A DNA stretch of 64,000 bases from Gracilinanus agilis (taxonomy: Eukaryota). The DNA is taken from positions 708,255,536 through 708,319,535 of the forward strand of contig NC_058130.1 in assembly GCF_016433145.1 (NCBI RefSeq), written 5' to 3'. The position numbers and the translations under genes are program-made. Below, piece after piece: positions 52,501 through 64,000 of this stretch; the stretch's first letter is position 1, and every line of letters begins with the position of its first letter. The notes under the pieces are model-generated. The model worked only from the letters and a program-made list of their open reading frames with translations. It made no database searches and was not told where the DNA came from.

Positions 52501-55500
52501 TATATGCATATATATATATATATAACGGGCATATAAACTCTTAGGAAATAATATGAAGTGGGCAAGAACATTAACAGGAAGAATCAAGGAAAGCAGAAGA
52601 GGCAGAGGAGAGGAAGAAAATAATCTGAGCTCAGGAGGAAGGAAGGAAAGAAGGAAGGAAGGAAGGAAGGAAGGAAGGAAGGAAGGAAGGAAGGAAGAGA
52701 GGGAGGGAGGAAGGAAGAGATGAGGAGGAAGTACATTCCAAGAAGGAAAACAGTTTGGTTTAAAGTCAGAAGATTAATGTTAAAGTCAGGGGCTCAGTAG
52801 TCCAGTTTGTCTGGAATGCAGGGACCATGCAGGGGAGGACTGGGAGAGAAGTAGATACTTGACTGGAGTATGGTTGGGTTTTTTTGTGTTTTGTTTTTTT
52901 TTTAACCTTTATCTACTGTCTTAGAATCAATACTCTGTATTGGTTCCAAGGCAGAAAAGCAGTAAGGGCTAGGCAATGAGGGTTAAGTGACCTGCCCAGA
53001 GTCACACAGCTAGAAACATAGAACTCCTGTCCTCAGGCCAGGCTCTCTAACCACTGAGCAACCCAGCTGCCCCCTGTGTAGTATCTTAATTGCCAGAATG
53101 TGTTGTATTTTATATTATGGACAATAAGGAACAATGAAGAGCTTTGAGCAGAGAGATGATAGCTAAGAGTTGGAAGGACCCCTTGATGTCCTGGTCTGAG
53201 TGACTAGTTAGGAGGCTACCGCATCTAGATGGTAAAATGGTTAAAGAGTTGAACCTGCAGTCAGGAAAACCTGAGATCAAATTTAGCTTCAGGCTCTTAA
53301 TAGCTGGGTGTCCTTGGACAAGTCACTGAACCTCTGTCTGCCTTGGTTTCTCATTTGTAAAATGGGGATCATAATAGCACATATCTCCCAGGGTTTTTTG
53401 TAAAAATTAAGAGAGATAATATTTGTAAAGTGCTTTACAAACTTTAAAGCACTATATAAATTCTAGCTACTATTATTGTGATTGTCCAAGATAATAAGGG
53501 TAGCATAGCATCATGGCTCCATGGATTTAAAGAAAAGAACACATGGAGAGGTTGCTGTAACACTTGGAATCTACAAGAGTTGACAACTGATTAGATACAA
53601 GAGGAAGAGGGAGGAATCAAGATTGACTTCAAATTAACCAACCTGGGTTCCAGAAGGACAGAATTGGCTTCAAACACATACAAGGAGGTTTGAAGGAGGG
53701 ATGGGTTTGGGGGAATAACAATGACTTCATTTTTCCGATATTTTATGGTTGCAAAATGCTTTTCATAGGCAGCTGGGTAGCTCAGTGGATTGAGAGTCAG
53801 GCCTAGAGACAGGAGGTCCTGGATTCAAATCTGACCTCAGATACTTCCCAGCTGTGTGACCCGGGCAAGTCACTTGACCCCCATTGCCCACCCTTACCAC
53901 TCTTCTGCCTTGTAGCCAATACACAGTATTGACTCCAAGATGGAAGGTAAGAGCTTAAAAAAAAATAGAAATGAAAATAAAACTAAAGGCATTACTTAAG
54001 GATGCCCATTTAAAAATGCTTTTCATACATTATTTCATTTGAGTCTGAATAGAAACTAGTTGTGCTACAGGTGTTATGCAAAACTGAGGCTCAGACAGGT
54101 GAAAGGACTTGTCTTCGGGTCGTTGTAATCATTTGGTCTTTTGGGGCTCTTTGTGACCCTGTGGCCCACAGCTTTCCCTGAGGTTTTCTTGGTGAGGATA
54201 CTGGAGTGGCTTGCTATTTCCTTCTCCAGGGGATCTGGTGGATCCTTTGACAGGCAAACCAATTTCAGGCAAGATTAAATGACTTGTCTAGGATCACACA
54301 GCTAGGAAGTGTCTGAAGCTGGATTGGAAATCAGGTCTTCCTGACTCCAGAACCAGTGCATCCACTATGCCACAGTAGGCTATATTTGTTTGGGAGTCAT
54401 CTGAGTAGAGCTAATCATTGAATCATGGGAATGAATGAGGTCACCAAAGGAGTGTAGAGATAAAAGATGAGGCCCCCAGATCAGAATCTTAGAAAACTCC
54501 AATGCTCAGGGATTGTGCTGTGGATAATGATCCAGCAAAGAAGACTGAAGAAAAGTGGTCAGACAAATATAGAATCTCTGAGTTGGGAAGGGACCTCTGA
54601 GATCATCTGGTTTAACCCAGACCTGCATGAGAATTTCCTCTGCTGCATGGCTGACAAATGGCTAAGCCAAGGGGCAGCTCAATGGCTCAGTGGATGGAGA
54701 ACCAGGTCCAGAGATGGAAGGTCTTGAGTTCAAATGTGGCTTCAGACACTTCCTAGCTGTGTGTTAACTTAAGTCACTTAATTCCCATTGCCTATCCCTT
54801 ACTATTCTTCTACCTTGGAATCAATACAAAGTATATGTATGTAGAATATTGATTCTAAGACAGAAGGTAATAGTTTAAATGAATTTTTTTTAAAGCTCTC
54901 CAGTTGGAGGAGAGAGGAAAGGAAATCAACTCAGGTAGTCCATTCCACTTTTGGAGAACTCTGGAGGAAACAAACCCTCACATTAAGCCAAAATTTGCTT
55001 CTTTGCCTTACATTCATGACTTCTAGATCTGTTCTATGGGGCCAAGAAGAACAAGTTTAAATCTAATAAATAAGGGGCAGCTGGGTAGCTCAGTGGATTG
55101 AGAGTCAGGCCTATAGATGGGAGATCTTAGGTTCAGATGCGGCCTCAGACACTTCTCAGCTGTGTGACCCTGGGCAAGTCACTTGATCCCCATTGCCTAC
55201 CCTTACCACTCTTCCACCTGTGAGCCAAATACACAGAAGTTAAGGGTTTAAAAAAAATAAATCTAACAAATAGTTGGAGAGCTATGATGTCCCTCCTATG
55301 CCTTTTCTCTGGGCTTTATTGAATTCTTTTAAGTAATTCTCATCTTGGACTCATTACTATCTTGCTTGCCTTTTCTTGGGCATTCTTCAGCTTGTCAATG
55401 TCAATGTTTTCATTTTTTCTCTTTCACTCTTCCTTTCTCNNNNNNNNNNNNNNNNNNNNNNNNNNNNNNNNNNNNNNNNNNNNNNNNNNNNNNNNNNNNN

Positions 55501-58500
55501 NNNNNNNNNNNNNNNNNNNNNNNNNNNNNNNNNNNNNNNNNNNNNNNNNNNNNNNNNNNNNNNNNNNNNNNNNNNNNNNNNNNNNNNNNNNNNNNNNNNN
55601 NNNNNNNNNNNNNNNNNNNNNNNNNNNNNNNNNNNNNNNNNNNNNNNNNNNNNNNNNNNNNNNNNNNNNNNNNNNNNNNNNNNNNNNNNNNNNNNNNNNN
55701 NNNNNNNNNNNNNNNNNNNNNNNNNNNNNNNNNNNNNNNNNNNNNNNNNNNNNNNNNNNNNNNNNNNNNNNNNNNNNNNNNNNNNTAGAATGGATACTAA
55801 ATATCCATTCCAAGGAAGAAGAGCAGTATAGGCTAGACATTTGGGGTTGAGAGCCCAGGGTCACACAGCTAAGAAAGTATCTGAGGATAGATTTTTGAAC
55901 CCAGGTCCTCTGTACTCTAGCACTCTATCCACTCAGCCACCTAGATGCCCCTTCAATGTCCTTTCTAAAATGAATATCCAAAGCTCTTGAGAAGTCAAAC
56001 TCTAAGACAGTGATGGTGGACTTTTAGAGATGGAGTGCTGGGTCCCACCCTACCCCTCCTCCCACCAAGTGCTGTGCCCCCCCCACACACACACACACAC
56101 TGGGGAGGGAGGAAACAATCCCATTGGGCTGCTGGGAGGAGGGGCAGGTGAAGTGAGGAATGTCCTCAGTGAGTGTAGAGAGGAGGAGGGGAATGATCCG
56201 AGTGCTCTGCTCCCCTCCAGCTCTGCCACCTGTGAGCCATCCACCTTAACCTACTGTGTGTGCTCCTATTGGGCTGCTGGGCAGAGGGGTAGGGGATGTG
56301 GAAAAATGTCCTCAGGCATGGCAGAGATGGGGAGGGGAGCAGCTCTGTCCACGTCCCTCTGCCTTTCTAGTAATGAACTCTGAGGTGGGTTGGGGAGGGA
56401 GGGTGGCTGAGTGCCATCTTTGGCACCCATGTCATAGGTTCACCATCACTGCTTTAAGAGAAAAGGAAAGGGAGAGCTGAATCCTAACTGCTTCCCTCCT
56501 GATTTCTGACTCAACTCCAACTCCTGCTTCTCCCAGGCCTTGACTCACTTGATCTCAGACCAAATAATTTCTCCCTCTGGGCATCTGTAAAATAAGAGTG
56601 ATATGAGAGATTCAGAATAAAATTCTATGATCCTCTAATTGTGCTTTATTCCTCACTTACTGCTTTGTGCTGGTTTTGTCCCTTACTTTTCTAGCCTCGG
56701 GGCTCTTTGATGGAGCTGAAACTCAGATCCTCTTTGGAATTCAGCCCTGAGGTTTGGGGGCACCATCAACAGGTCACTCCATTCTCTCACTCCAGATCAG
56801 CCAAGACTGGATGAGGCAGGCTGTCCTGGCAACTGGACATGGTTGGAGGGGATGGAATCTACCCTGCAGTGCTGGGCTCCAGGGAATCCACCCCCAGTTG
56901 TGGAGTGTGTCCGGCCAGAGGGAGGGCCAGCCATCCCACTGGGCCTTCCCCTGCCCATCAGCCGGGATCATGCAGGCACCTACCAATGCACAGCTTCCAA
57001 CACAGTGGGCCAAACAACAAAGGATGTGACGGTGATGGTGGAGTGTGAGTGACTGTGGGGCCACCACACCCACCCTGACTCAGCCCCACTGGGGGGAGGG
57101 CCTCCCCAGGGACCCAAGAATGGGTGGTGGAGATTCTGGGAAAAGGGTCAGGGTGAATACCCAGCAGTGCCTGGGTATTTTCCGGTTGGGGATAGAGAAG
57201 TGTCCAGCAAAGTAGCAGGGCAAGGGCCATCTTCTATTTTTAGAAAAATGTTTTATTGAGGTTCTTTTCTTTGTTTTTAAACATTGCTGTCACTTTCCAA
57301 TGACTACATCCTACCAATAGAAGCCCCCACTTGCAACAAATAAGTATGGTGGGTGCCTTTCTTTTCCTCCCCCTCTCCCCCACCATTTCCTCCCCCTCTG
57401 CTACCAGATGGGCCAGTCCTGGATCAATTAGGTTGTCCTGAGAGACGTACATGGCTTGAGGGTACAGAGGAGGTGCTGACCTGTCAGGCTCTTGGGGTCC
57501 CACCACCCATTGTGAGCTGCATCCCCATTGGGGCCTGGGCCCAGCTTCCTGTGGGGCAACTTCGAGTGACCCGAGAGCATGCAGGCACTTATCATTGTGT
57601 GGCTACAAACCCGAGGGGCTCAGCCTCCACAAATGTGTCCATCACTGTTGAGTGTGAGTGGAGAGGGGAAGGGGATGGGGTAAGGGCCAGGGGCCGAGGG
57701 CAGCCTAGAGCAGCGCAGTGCCTGATGGCTGTCTTGTACCTATGGCAGATGGACCAAGTTTTGGGGAGGTAGACTGCCCTGGTGCTTGGACTTGGGTCAA
57801 GGGCTCTGACCACCAGTTCTCCTGTGAGGCTGATGGGAACCCAGAGCCGGTGGTGCTGTGTTCGAGGGCAGGCAACTCCAGCCACGGGGAGCTGCTTTTT
57901 CCTCACCTGGGCTCTCCCTCGGGGCAGGACCCTGCTCCTGGCCTTTACTACTGCAATGCCACCAACATGCATGGTTCAGCCAGCAAAAGGGTCACCGTCA
58001 GTGCCGAATGTAAGTTGGGAAGCTGGGGTTCGGGGTGAGCATCGTCGAGCCCCCTTTTACTGACAAGTTCACCTTGCTGCTTTCCAGCCCCACCACAAAT
58101 GGATGAGGCCAGCTGCCCAAGCCACCAAACATGGCTGGAGGGGGCACGGGCGCCGGTACTGACCTGCAGAGCTCAGGGCAACCCCACTCCGAGAGTCCAC
58201 TGCTCCCGGGACGGGCCGGAGCGGCCGGAGAAGCCCAGTGTTTCCAGGGCAGATGCTGGGACCTTCCACTGTGTAGCCACCAACAGCCACGGCTCAGACA
58301 CCAGGATAGTCACCATTGGGGTAGAGTGTAAGTGACCCGTCCTGGAAAAGATTCCCAGTGGGGAGGAGAGGGGCAGAGCCCCGAGGGGGCACAAGGGACA
58401 GGACCCCCCATGCTGGGGATAACAAGGCCTCTCCACCCCCAGACAGGCCCCTGGTGGCAGAGCTGGTGGCCATGCCCCCAGGCAGCGTGAAGCCTGGGGG

Positions 58501-59305
58501 GAACTTTACGTTGACCTGCAGAGCCGAAGGATCCCCCCCAGCCCAGTACAGCTGGCGCACCCCCCCAGGAGCCCCCAACATTGGTCTCTCGGGCAACAAC
58601 AGCACCCTGAGTGTAGCCGGTGCCCTGGGCAGCCACGGGGGTGTGTATGAGTGTGCCGCCACCAACACCCACGGCAGCCATGCCCTTCGGATCACCGTGC
58701 ACGTGACTGGTAAGGCTGGGCCATGGGGAAGGCGGGGGAGGAGGCTCTAGGGGGACAGCTAGGTGGCTCAGTGGATTGGCATCCAGGCCTAGAGCCGGGA
58801 GGTCCTGGGTTCAAATTTGGCCTCAGACGACTGGCCAAGTCACTTAATCCTCAACGTCTACCCCTTCCAGCTCTTCTGCCTTAGAACCAATACATAGTAT
58901 TGATTCTGAGACAGAAAATAAGGGTTTTAAGAAAAAGGTGGCAGCTCTGGCCTAGCACTTCAGAGGGTGAGAAGAGTCAGGGGGCTGGCCCGGAGGCCAA
59001 GGGAGTGTGGCTCAGTGACTTGACCTCATCCCTGGCTGTCTGCAGGGCCCTGGCTGTGGATTGTCGTGGGCGGGGTGGCCGGAGGGGCCTTGCTGCTGGC
59101 CAGCCTGGGTGGCCTCACCTATTACCTCCAGTCCACAGCCTGTAAGAAAGGAGAGTACAACGTGCAGGAGGCTGAGAGTTCTGGGGAAGCTGTGTGCCTG
59201 AACGGGAGCGGGGCTGGGCCTGGGGCCGGGGGTGGCACAGGGGCTGAGGCTGGGGCCGAAGGAGGAGGGGCAGAGGTGTACTCCATCCAACTGACCTCCA
59301 CGTGA
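49171..59305 (+). CDS. ICAM5: Intercellular adhesion molecule 5 (telencephalin), 916 aa, 9 Ig domains; join(49171..49252,49835..50107,50506..50826,51233..51529,51633..51887,56796..57044,57408..57653,57749..58009,58088..58327,58443..58709,59046..59305)
   Basis: 82-nt leader exon and nine phase-1 Ig exons. D1 VERGGSLWLNCSTNCPRPERGGLETSLRRNGTQRGLRWLARQLVDIRE; tail QSTACKKGEYNVQEAESSGEAVCLNG...IQLTST*. The 2751-nt CDS closes in frame. Confidence 0.97.
52625..52712. repeat. (GGAA)n microsatellite in ICAM5 intron 5
   Basis: Run of AAGG units seen directly. Confidence 0.9.
52885..53074 (-). mobile_element. SINE1
   Basis: Minus-strand head ending CCCAGCTGCCCC and poly(T) tail. Confidence 0.8.
53225..53480 (+). 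mobile_element. MIR/MAR1 core SINE
   Basis: GGACAAGTCACTGAACCTCTGTCTGCCTTGGTTTCTCATTTGTAAAATGGGGAT core. Confidence 0.7.
53768..53965 (+). mobile_element. Full-length SINE1
   Basis: GGCAGCTGGGTAGCTCAGTGGATTGAGAGTCAGG head and GAAGGTAAGAGCTTAAAA tail. Confidence 0.88.
54060..54375 (-). mobile_element. MAR1-like SINE
   Basis: GGATACTGGAGTGGCTTGCTATTTCCTTCTCCAG...AATGACTTGTCTAGGATCACACAGCTAGG. Confidence 0.65.
54671..54885 (+). mobile_element. SINE1
   Basis: GGGGCAGCTC head and GACAGAAGGTAA tail. Confidence 0.78.
55074..55258 (+). mobile_element. Full-length SINE1 with near-perfect TSD
   Basis: TSD AAATCTAA(T/C)AAATA at 55059-55072 and 55259-55272. Confidence 0.88.
55440..55785. other. Assembly gap (346 N) in ICAM5 intron 5
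   Basis: Run of N. Confidence 1.
58750..58935 (+). mobile_element. SINE1 in the last ICAM5 intron
   Basis: GGGGGACAGCTAGGTGGCTCAGTGG head and AATAAGGGTTTTAAG tail. Confidence 0.82.
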
Positions 59306-59481
59306 GTCCCCCTTCCCGGAGCAGGACTCCCCACGCCCCCGTGCCCCGCTGGGTAGGCAGCCCCTCCCCAGCATGTATTTATTAATTGATGTATTTATCT
59401 ATGGAGCCTGAGTGCCAAGGCAGCTGTGATCCAGGATCCCTCGGAGCCCCTCACCCCCGGCCCCCGAGTTTTCTATCCCCT

Positions 59482-59487
59482 AATAAA
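59482..59487 (+). terminator. ICAM5: ICAM5 polyadenylation signal AATAAA
   Basis: First AATAAA after the stop (177 nt downstream), followed by CT-rich sequence. Confidence 0.8.
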
Positions 59488-61125
59488 CTTTTTATAAATG
59501 ACTCACGTCAGCCGTCTCTCGCCCTCTCGGTCCCCAGCCCTGTTCTACCTCCAGCTCTCTGTCATTTTTCTCTTTGGGAAATATGCCTCTCTCTTTGTGT
59601 GAGTCCATTTCATATTTGTCTTTGTTTCCAAGGCAGCCAGGTGGGATGGGAAGAAGCACGGCCTGGGGTTTGGGGTGGGGGCTGGGGTTTGGGGGGCAGT
59701 CAGACCCTCCAATGCTAGGCCCAGCTTTGCCACCCACTTGACCAAGCCCATCACTCCCCTTCTCTGGCATTGGCTTCCACGTCCCTAGAATGGGGTTAGG
59801 CTGAGCTCTGGGACGACGTCCAGCTTTGACATTCTGTTCCAGGATTCTCTATCTCTGCACGTCTCCCTTTTGGTTTCCCTCCAATCTCTGGGTGTCTCAT
59901 TGTCTTCTCACCGCCCCCTTTCTCCTGCCCCCTCCTCAGCAGAGGCTCCGTTTAAGGGACTTCGAAGGCTGACCCTTAGCCTGGGAGAGGGAGCGTTTTC
60001 CCCCATTCCAGAATGGAGAGAATCTACTCTCCTCTGGCCAAGGAGCACAAACATCTGCCCGCTGCTTTGCTCCCAGCCTGGTCGCCCTCTCCAGCCCGAG
60101 CCTGGGCAGTTCGGGCTCTGAGGGTACACAGATTGGGAACCAACTCCAGCTTTCATGGGGCCAGGCTGTCTCCTCCAGGCTATCTCTTCCGGCCAGACCT
60201 AAGGCTGCTGTTCCATTTCCTCTGGCCTGGGTGTGAATGAGAAGGGGAGGGAGTAATCCTAGCAGGCAGGATGCCCACACTCCAACCCCAATAGCTTGGA
60301 AGGCCAGGAGGAGGCCCTGGAGAGGCAGAAGAGACAGCAGGACCTCCTGCCCCCACTATCACCTGGACAAGGGGAAGCTGGAATGGCCCCTCGATCCCCA
60401 GCCCAGGTTTAGAGAAGCATCCTTGGGCATCGGAGGTCATTGTTAAATCACAACAGAGAGAAGACGGAGGAATTAGACCAAGGGCCCAGGATGCCGAGGT
60501 TTGCCTCAGTTTACCCTGCCTGAGGAACTCACCAAAGTCCTGGGATGGGGGCAGAGAGAAGCAAGAACAAAGTCCCAATGCCTGGAGGGTGAAGAGGGAG
60601 GAACTTTTCAACCTTACCCTTTCTTTTTCCTCCCTCCACCAGGACTTGGAGCAAAAGGGACCCCATGTCACAGTTTAGTAAATTGAGGTACCTAGTGGGG
60701 CTCCCAGCTGAATTACCTCGTACCCCTGCCCCCCACCATGTCCAGACAGTGGCCTTTGATATCTCAGATCCATCTCCCTCATCCCTGAAGGACTTTATTT
60801 GGTATTCAGTAACTTTCCTTTCTGTGATCCTCTATCTCAGGATAAGATTGATTCCTGCAAGGAGGAGACAGGAAATGAGGGGCACGAGGGGGTGGGGTAA
60901 TCTGGGCCAGACAAAACCCAGCCTGTGAACCAGCTGCTTCAGTCCTCCAGCCTAGGGTGGGGTCAGGGCACAAGATCTGGGCAGACTGGCACACAGATGA
61001 AGAGCTGAGATGACTCTTAGCATGGCCGCAACCACATCAGCTGATGCTTTTTCCCTCCCCTCATTCTCTGTACTTCCCCTGCTGCTCCCACCTTGACAAA
61101 TTCCCCAGACAGAAGGACCCACGTT

Positions 61126-61335
61126 GGGGGCCTCTAGGAGGCTCAGTGGATGGAGAGCCAGGCCTAGAGATGGGTCCTGGATTCAAATCTGGCCTCAGAC
61201 ATTTCCTAGCTGTGTGACCCTGGGCAAGTCACTTCACCCCCCCACTGCCTAACCCTTATTGCTCTTCTGCCTTGGAACCAACACACAGTACCGATTCTAA
61301 GATGGAAGATAAGAGTTGTTAAAGGGGAAAAAAAA
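61126..61335 (+). mobile_element. SINE1
   Basis: GGCTCAGTGGATGGAGAGCCAGGCCTAGAGATGGG head and GATGGAAGATAAG tail. Confidence 0.82.
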
Positions 61336-61554
61336 GGTCCAGGTTGTGTCAGAATTAAGACTGGAAAGATGAACTCCTTTGGAGAATTCTGATGCTCTAG
61401 GGAGGCATCCTCCCTCCTCCTCCCCGCCAAAAAGCACCGAGAATCATTTCAGGATAGTGTCTGAGGAAGGGACAGAAGCAGCCAGTAAGGCCCAAAGGAG
61501 TAGAGTCATGCCAGACACAGACACAACGGTCTTCTGCTGCAGGAACAAATCTAT

Positions 61555-61560
61555 TTTATT
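61555..61560 (-). terminator. ZGLP1: Probable ZGLP1 polyadenylation signal (AATAAA on the minus strand)
   Basis: TTTATT at 61555-61560; first hexamer downstream of the ZGLP1 coding region. Confidence 0.65.
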
Positions 61561-61615
61561 TCTGCTTTTTCATCTGGATGAGTGAAGGGGTGGGAGGTGG
61601 GGGCTGACACCAAAG

Positions 61616-61797
61616 TCACTGCTCTGGCCTTCCCATGGGAGCCGGAATCCACATCTCATCAGGGCAATGCCTCCGGCCAGTGGAGATCCCAGCTCTCTCT
61701 CCCGCCCTCATGGCCACTTCTCTGGAGAAGCCCTTTTCCTTCTCCCCATGGAGCCGGGGAAGCCGGGCTCGGACACCGGAGTCATGGCCTTCCGTCC
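61616..61797 (-). CDS. ZGLP1: Candidate additional terminal coding exon of ZGLP1 (59 codons plus stop)
   Basis: Long polypyrimidine tract plus AAG acceptor at 61798, phase-compatible with a donor at 62030/62029; open to TGA at 61616; AATAAA 55 nt further on. Confidence 0.45.
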
Positions 61798-61910
61798 CTT
61801 GGAGGTAAGGGGGAGGGAAAAAGGAGTCACAGATCTGGCAGATTGAGCGCCCCTCCCTCTCCTTCCAGCCCCTGGAACCCTCACCCAAATTCCTCCCTGG
61901 CTTAAGTGGC

Positions 61911-64000
61911 TCAGAATGTGAGCGAGGGTCCATGGGTCGAAGGGCAGGCACGGAGGGAGAGGGACAAGATGAATAAGCTCAGGTGGGCCTGGGCCAACAT
62001 TAGGGCCTGGGGAAAGGGCAGTTCCTCACCCTTCCTGCTAGGGCCTGGAGGGGTACAGAGCCAGGCCCCACAACGGTTACAGTGCCCAAGTGGGTAGATG
62101 CTTTTCCTGGGTACAGTCCAACAGGCAGGGCAGCGGATTCCATACTTTTTATACCTGTGTGAGGGCAGTAGGTAGGTAGTAGTAGTAAAAGGCATTGATA
62201 TGGTAATGGAACTTACAAAAACCAAACTCTTACTGTCCTAGTAACAGCTTTAAGACAGAAGGCCATCACTTCTCAGTCTTTTGGCTAAGATCAAGACAGA
62301 AGGCCAAGAGCTAGGCCATGGGGGTTAAATGACTTGCCCAGGGTCACACAGCTAGGAAGTATCTGAGGCTAGATTTGAACTCAGGTCCTCCCAACTCCAA
62401 ACCTGACAACTCTATCCACTGAGCCAACTAATTACCACTCATAGTACTTAAAAATTTTTCAAAACAAATATCTCATCCTCACCACAGAGCTGGGCTATTC
62501 CCATGTTATAAGAGGAAGAAACTGAAGTGGATTCAATGATTTGCCCAGGGTCACAGGGTTAATAAGTATCTGAGGCTGGATTAGAACTCCTGGCTCCAGG
62601 GCCAGCACCCTATCCACTTTGCCACTTATTTCAGAAACTAGGAAGCTGTCACCAAGTTCCCTTCTGACTCTCCAAGGGCCTTGAAAGGAAGGAAGGTTGC
62701 TCGAATGCTTACATTCCTAAACCAAGTGGAATAAAGCTTCCTGACCCCTGGGCCAACTCTTAGAACCCCAAAACCTGGCCTGGGGTCACCTCACACTCAT
62801 TGCTGCTTGCCAGGCACGTACCTGATGCCACAGGCATTACACAGTGGGGTCCCATCCTCGGCATCCCGCCACAGCGGTGTTCTCTGGGTTCGGCAGGAGG
62901 CACAGCTTCGACTCCCTGAAAGGTCGGAGATAGGGATGAAGGAAGAAACAGCCACCCGCTTGGACCCTCTAAGCCTAATAATGGGGCCCCGAATTCCTGG
63001 TGTAGAAGAGGGTCCCTGGGGTTCCAGGGCTAGCCCTCCCCCTCCTCCCAAGGCCCAGAAGTCACACTATGCCAGGTGGTCCACTAAAAGAGCAGAGGCA
63101 GCCTTGATGAGGGGGAAGAGAGAGGGATGGCAGACAGAAATCGGAGGGCACAGAAATAGCTTCCAGCTACTGAGAAGCCTCCCAGTGGACAAGCAAGAAA
63201 CAGCCTGGTTCACCCACCTACCTTGGGAATCTTGATGGTTTGATGTGGATGCCCCCAGGGGACTAGGCAAGGCTCTCACAGGGCTAGGTGAAGCCCCCCA
63301 GCTCCGGGCACCACAGGCTGAACTGCAGGAAGGACAGGGGAGGGTTAGGCCCTGGGGATCATTCCTGCCTTCTCAGTTCTCAGGGTTCCACGTAAGGAGA
63401 AGTCCTGAATCACCCCTTCCTCCCTTTTGCCCCAATCAGCCGCTCTCCACTCCACTGTCCCCAGGTCTCTCCAGTGGGGGTAACACTTAGCCTCTGGGGC
63501 AAGAAACGTGAGGAGGCTGTTTGGATGCTCCCCTCTGTACCTGAATTGGGCAGTGATCAGCAGCTGGTGTCCCTCCCGCTCAGGCTTCAGGTGCATCTTC
63601 AGCATAACGCCCTGGAATCCGGGCTCCAGCCCCTCAGCTCCCCTTTGCGGGTGGGGCTGCTTGCGGAGGGTCCTGCCTGCCAGGGCCTGGAGGCCAGGTG
63701 GGCTCCCCAGTCTCACTCCTGGCCCTACCTGCTTCCTGGCCCTTGGGGGACTCAGTCGGTGACACTGCAGGCTGATGAGGGCTAAGGAGTCCACTGCATC
63801 CCAGGCAGGAGGGCCCCCGGGGACAGTCAGGGGGGCCAAGGCCCTGGGGGGCCCTGGGGGCTCCTGCCAGGGCTCAGCTTGGGAGGCTTCGGGGGCAGGA
63901 GCCTGAGGGAGCCGCTCTGCTGTCTCCTGAAGGAAGCGCAGGCCGGTCACTGCAGCTGGGAGGGCCAGCCAAGGAGACCTAGGGGCAGCAGGCAATGGGA
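61911..64000 (-). CDS. ZGLP1: Zinc finger GATA-like protein 1, 5'-partial; complement(join(61911..62154,62822..62915,63222..63322,63541..>64000))
   Basis: Exon 1 has VTGLRFLQETAERL and RKQPHPQRG...PGFQGVMLK. A 94-nt exon encodes the GATA finger CASCRTQRTPLWRDAEDGTPLCNACGIR. The next exon reads YKKYGIRCPACW...CNRCG. GT-AG boundaries with compatible phases 2, 1, 2. Confidence 0.93.
62225..62436 (-). mobile_element. SINE1-like element in ZGLP1 intron 3, interrupted by a U2 fragment
   Basis: GGGGGTTAAATGACTTGCCCAGGGTCACACAGCTAGGAAG...ATCCACTGAGCC. Confidence 0.8.
62265..62295 (+). pseudogene. 3'-truncated U2 snRNA retrocopy (nt 1-31)
   Basis: ATCACTTCTCAGTCTTTTGGCTAAGATCAAG versus U2 ATCGCTTCTCGGCCTTTTGGCTAAGATCAAG (28/31). 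13-bp direct repeats AAGACAGAAGGCC at 62252-62264 and 62293-62305. Confidence 0.88.

Noticed and set aside
55345-55864. Long ORFs across the N gap, and the idea that the gap hides an ICAM5 exon
   Set aside because: The ORFs are artefacts of N translation; all nine Ig exons are already found and join in frame. The same applies to the ORFs across 42236-42330.
57408-58327. Tandem similarity of ICAM5 D5-D8 exons as a novel repeat system
   Set aside because: This is the known internal duplication of telencephalin domains.

Overview
Marsupial genomic DNA, very probably a didelphid opossum (inferred from ~18 copies of an opossum-type SINE1, MAR1/MIR and L1 repeats). The window is syntenic with human 19p13.2. 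In order it holds: the first coding bases and promoter of DNMT1 (-); S1PR2 (-, single coding exon, 350 aa); MRPL4 (+, 8 coding exons, 293 aa); ICAM1 (+, 7 exons, 544 aa, 5 Ig domains); ICAM4 (+, 4 exons, 260 aa); ICAM5/telencephalin (+, 11 exons, 916 aa, 9 Ig domains); and ZGLP1 (-, 5' end outside the window). Exons were assembled by hand from GT-AG boundaries and each CDS closes in frame. There are two N gaps and no prokaryotic or CRISPR features. I found no wholly new gene. The most interesting leads are lineage-specific. (1) ZGLP1 has a probable extra terminal exon and C-terminal extension. (2) ICAM4 keeps a leader/D1 intron that the human gene lacks. (3) The ICAM1 and ICAM5 D3 exons share near-identical tracts (possible gene conversion), and the ICAM1-position gene looks mosaic. 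(4) The ICAM1 cytokine-response promoter is strikingly conserved. (5) A PBX/MEIS motif cluster and strong orphan splice donors lie upstream of DNMT1 (candidate oocyte exon). (6) A U2 snRNA fragment is retroposed into a SINE. Comparisons with human sequences are from memory and need database confirmation.
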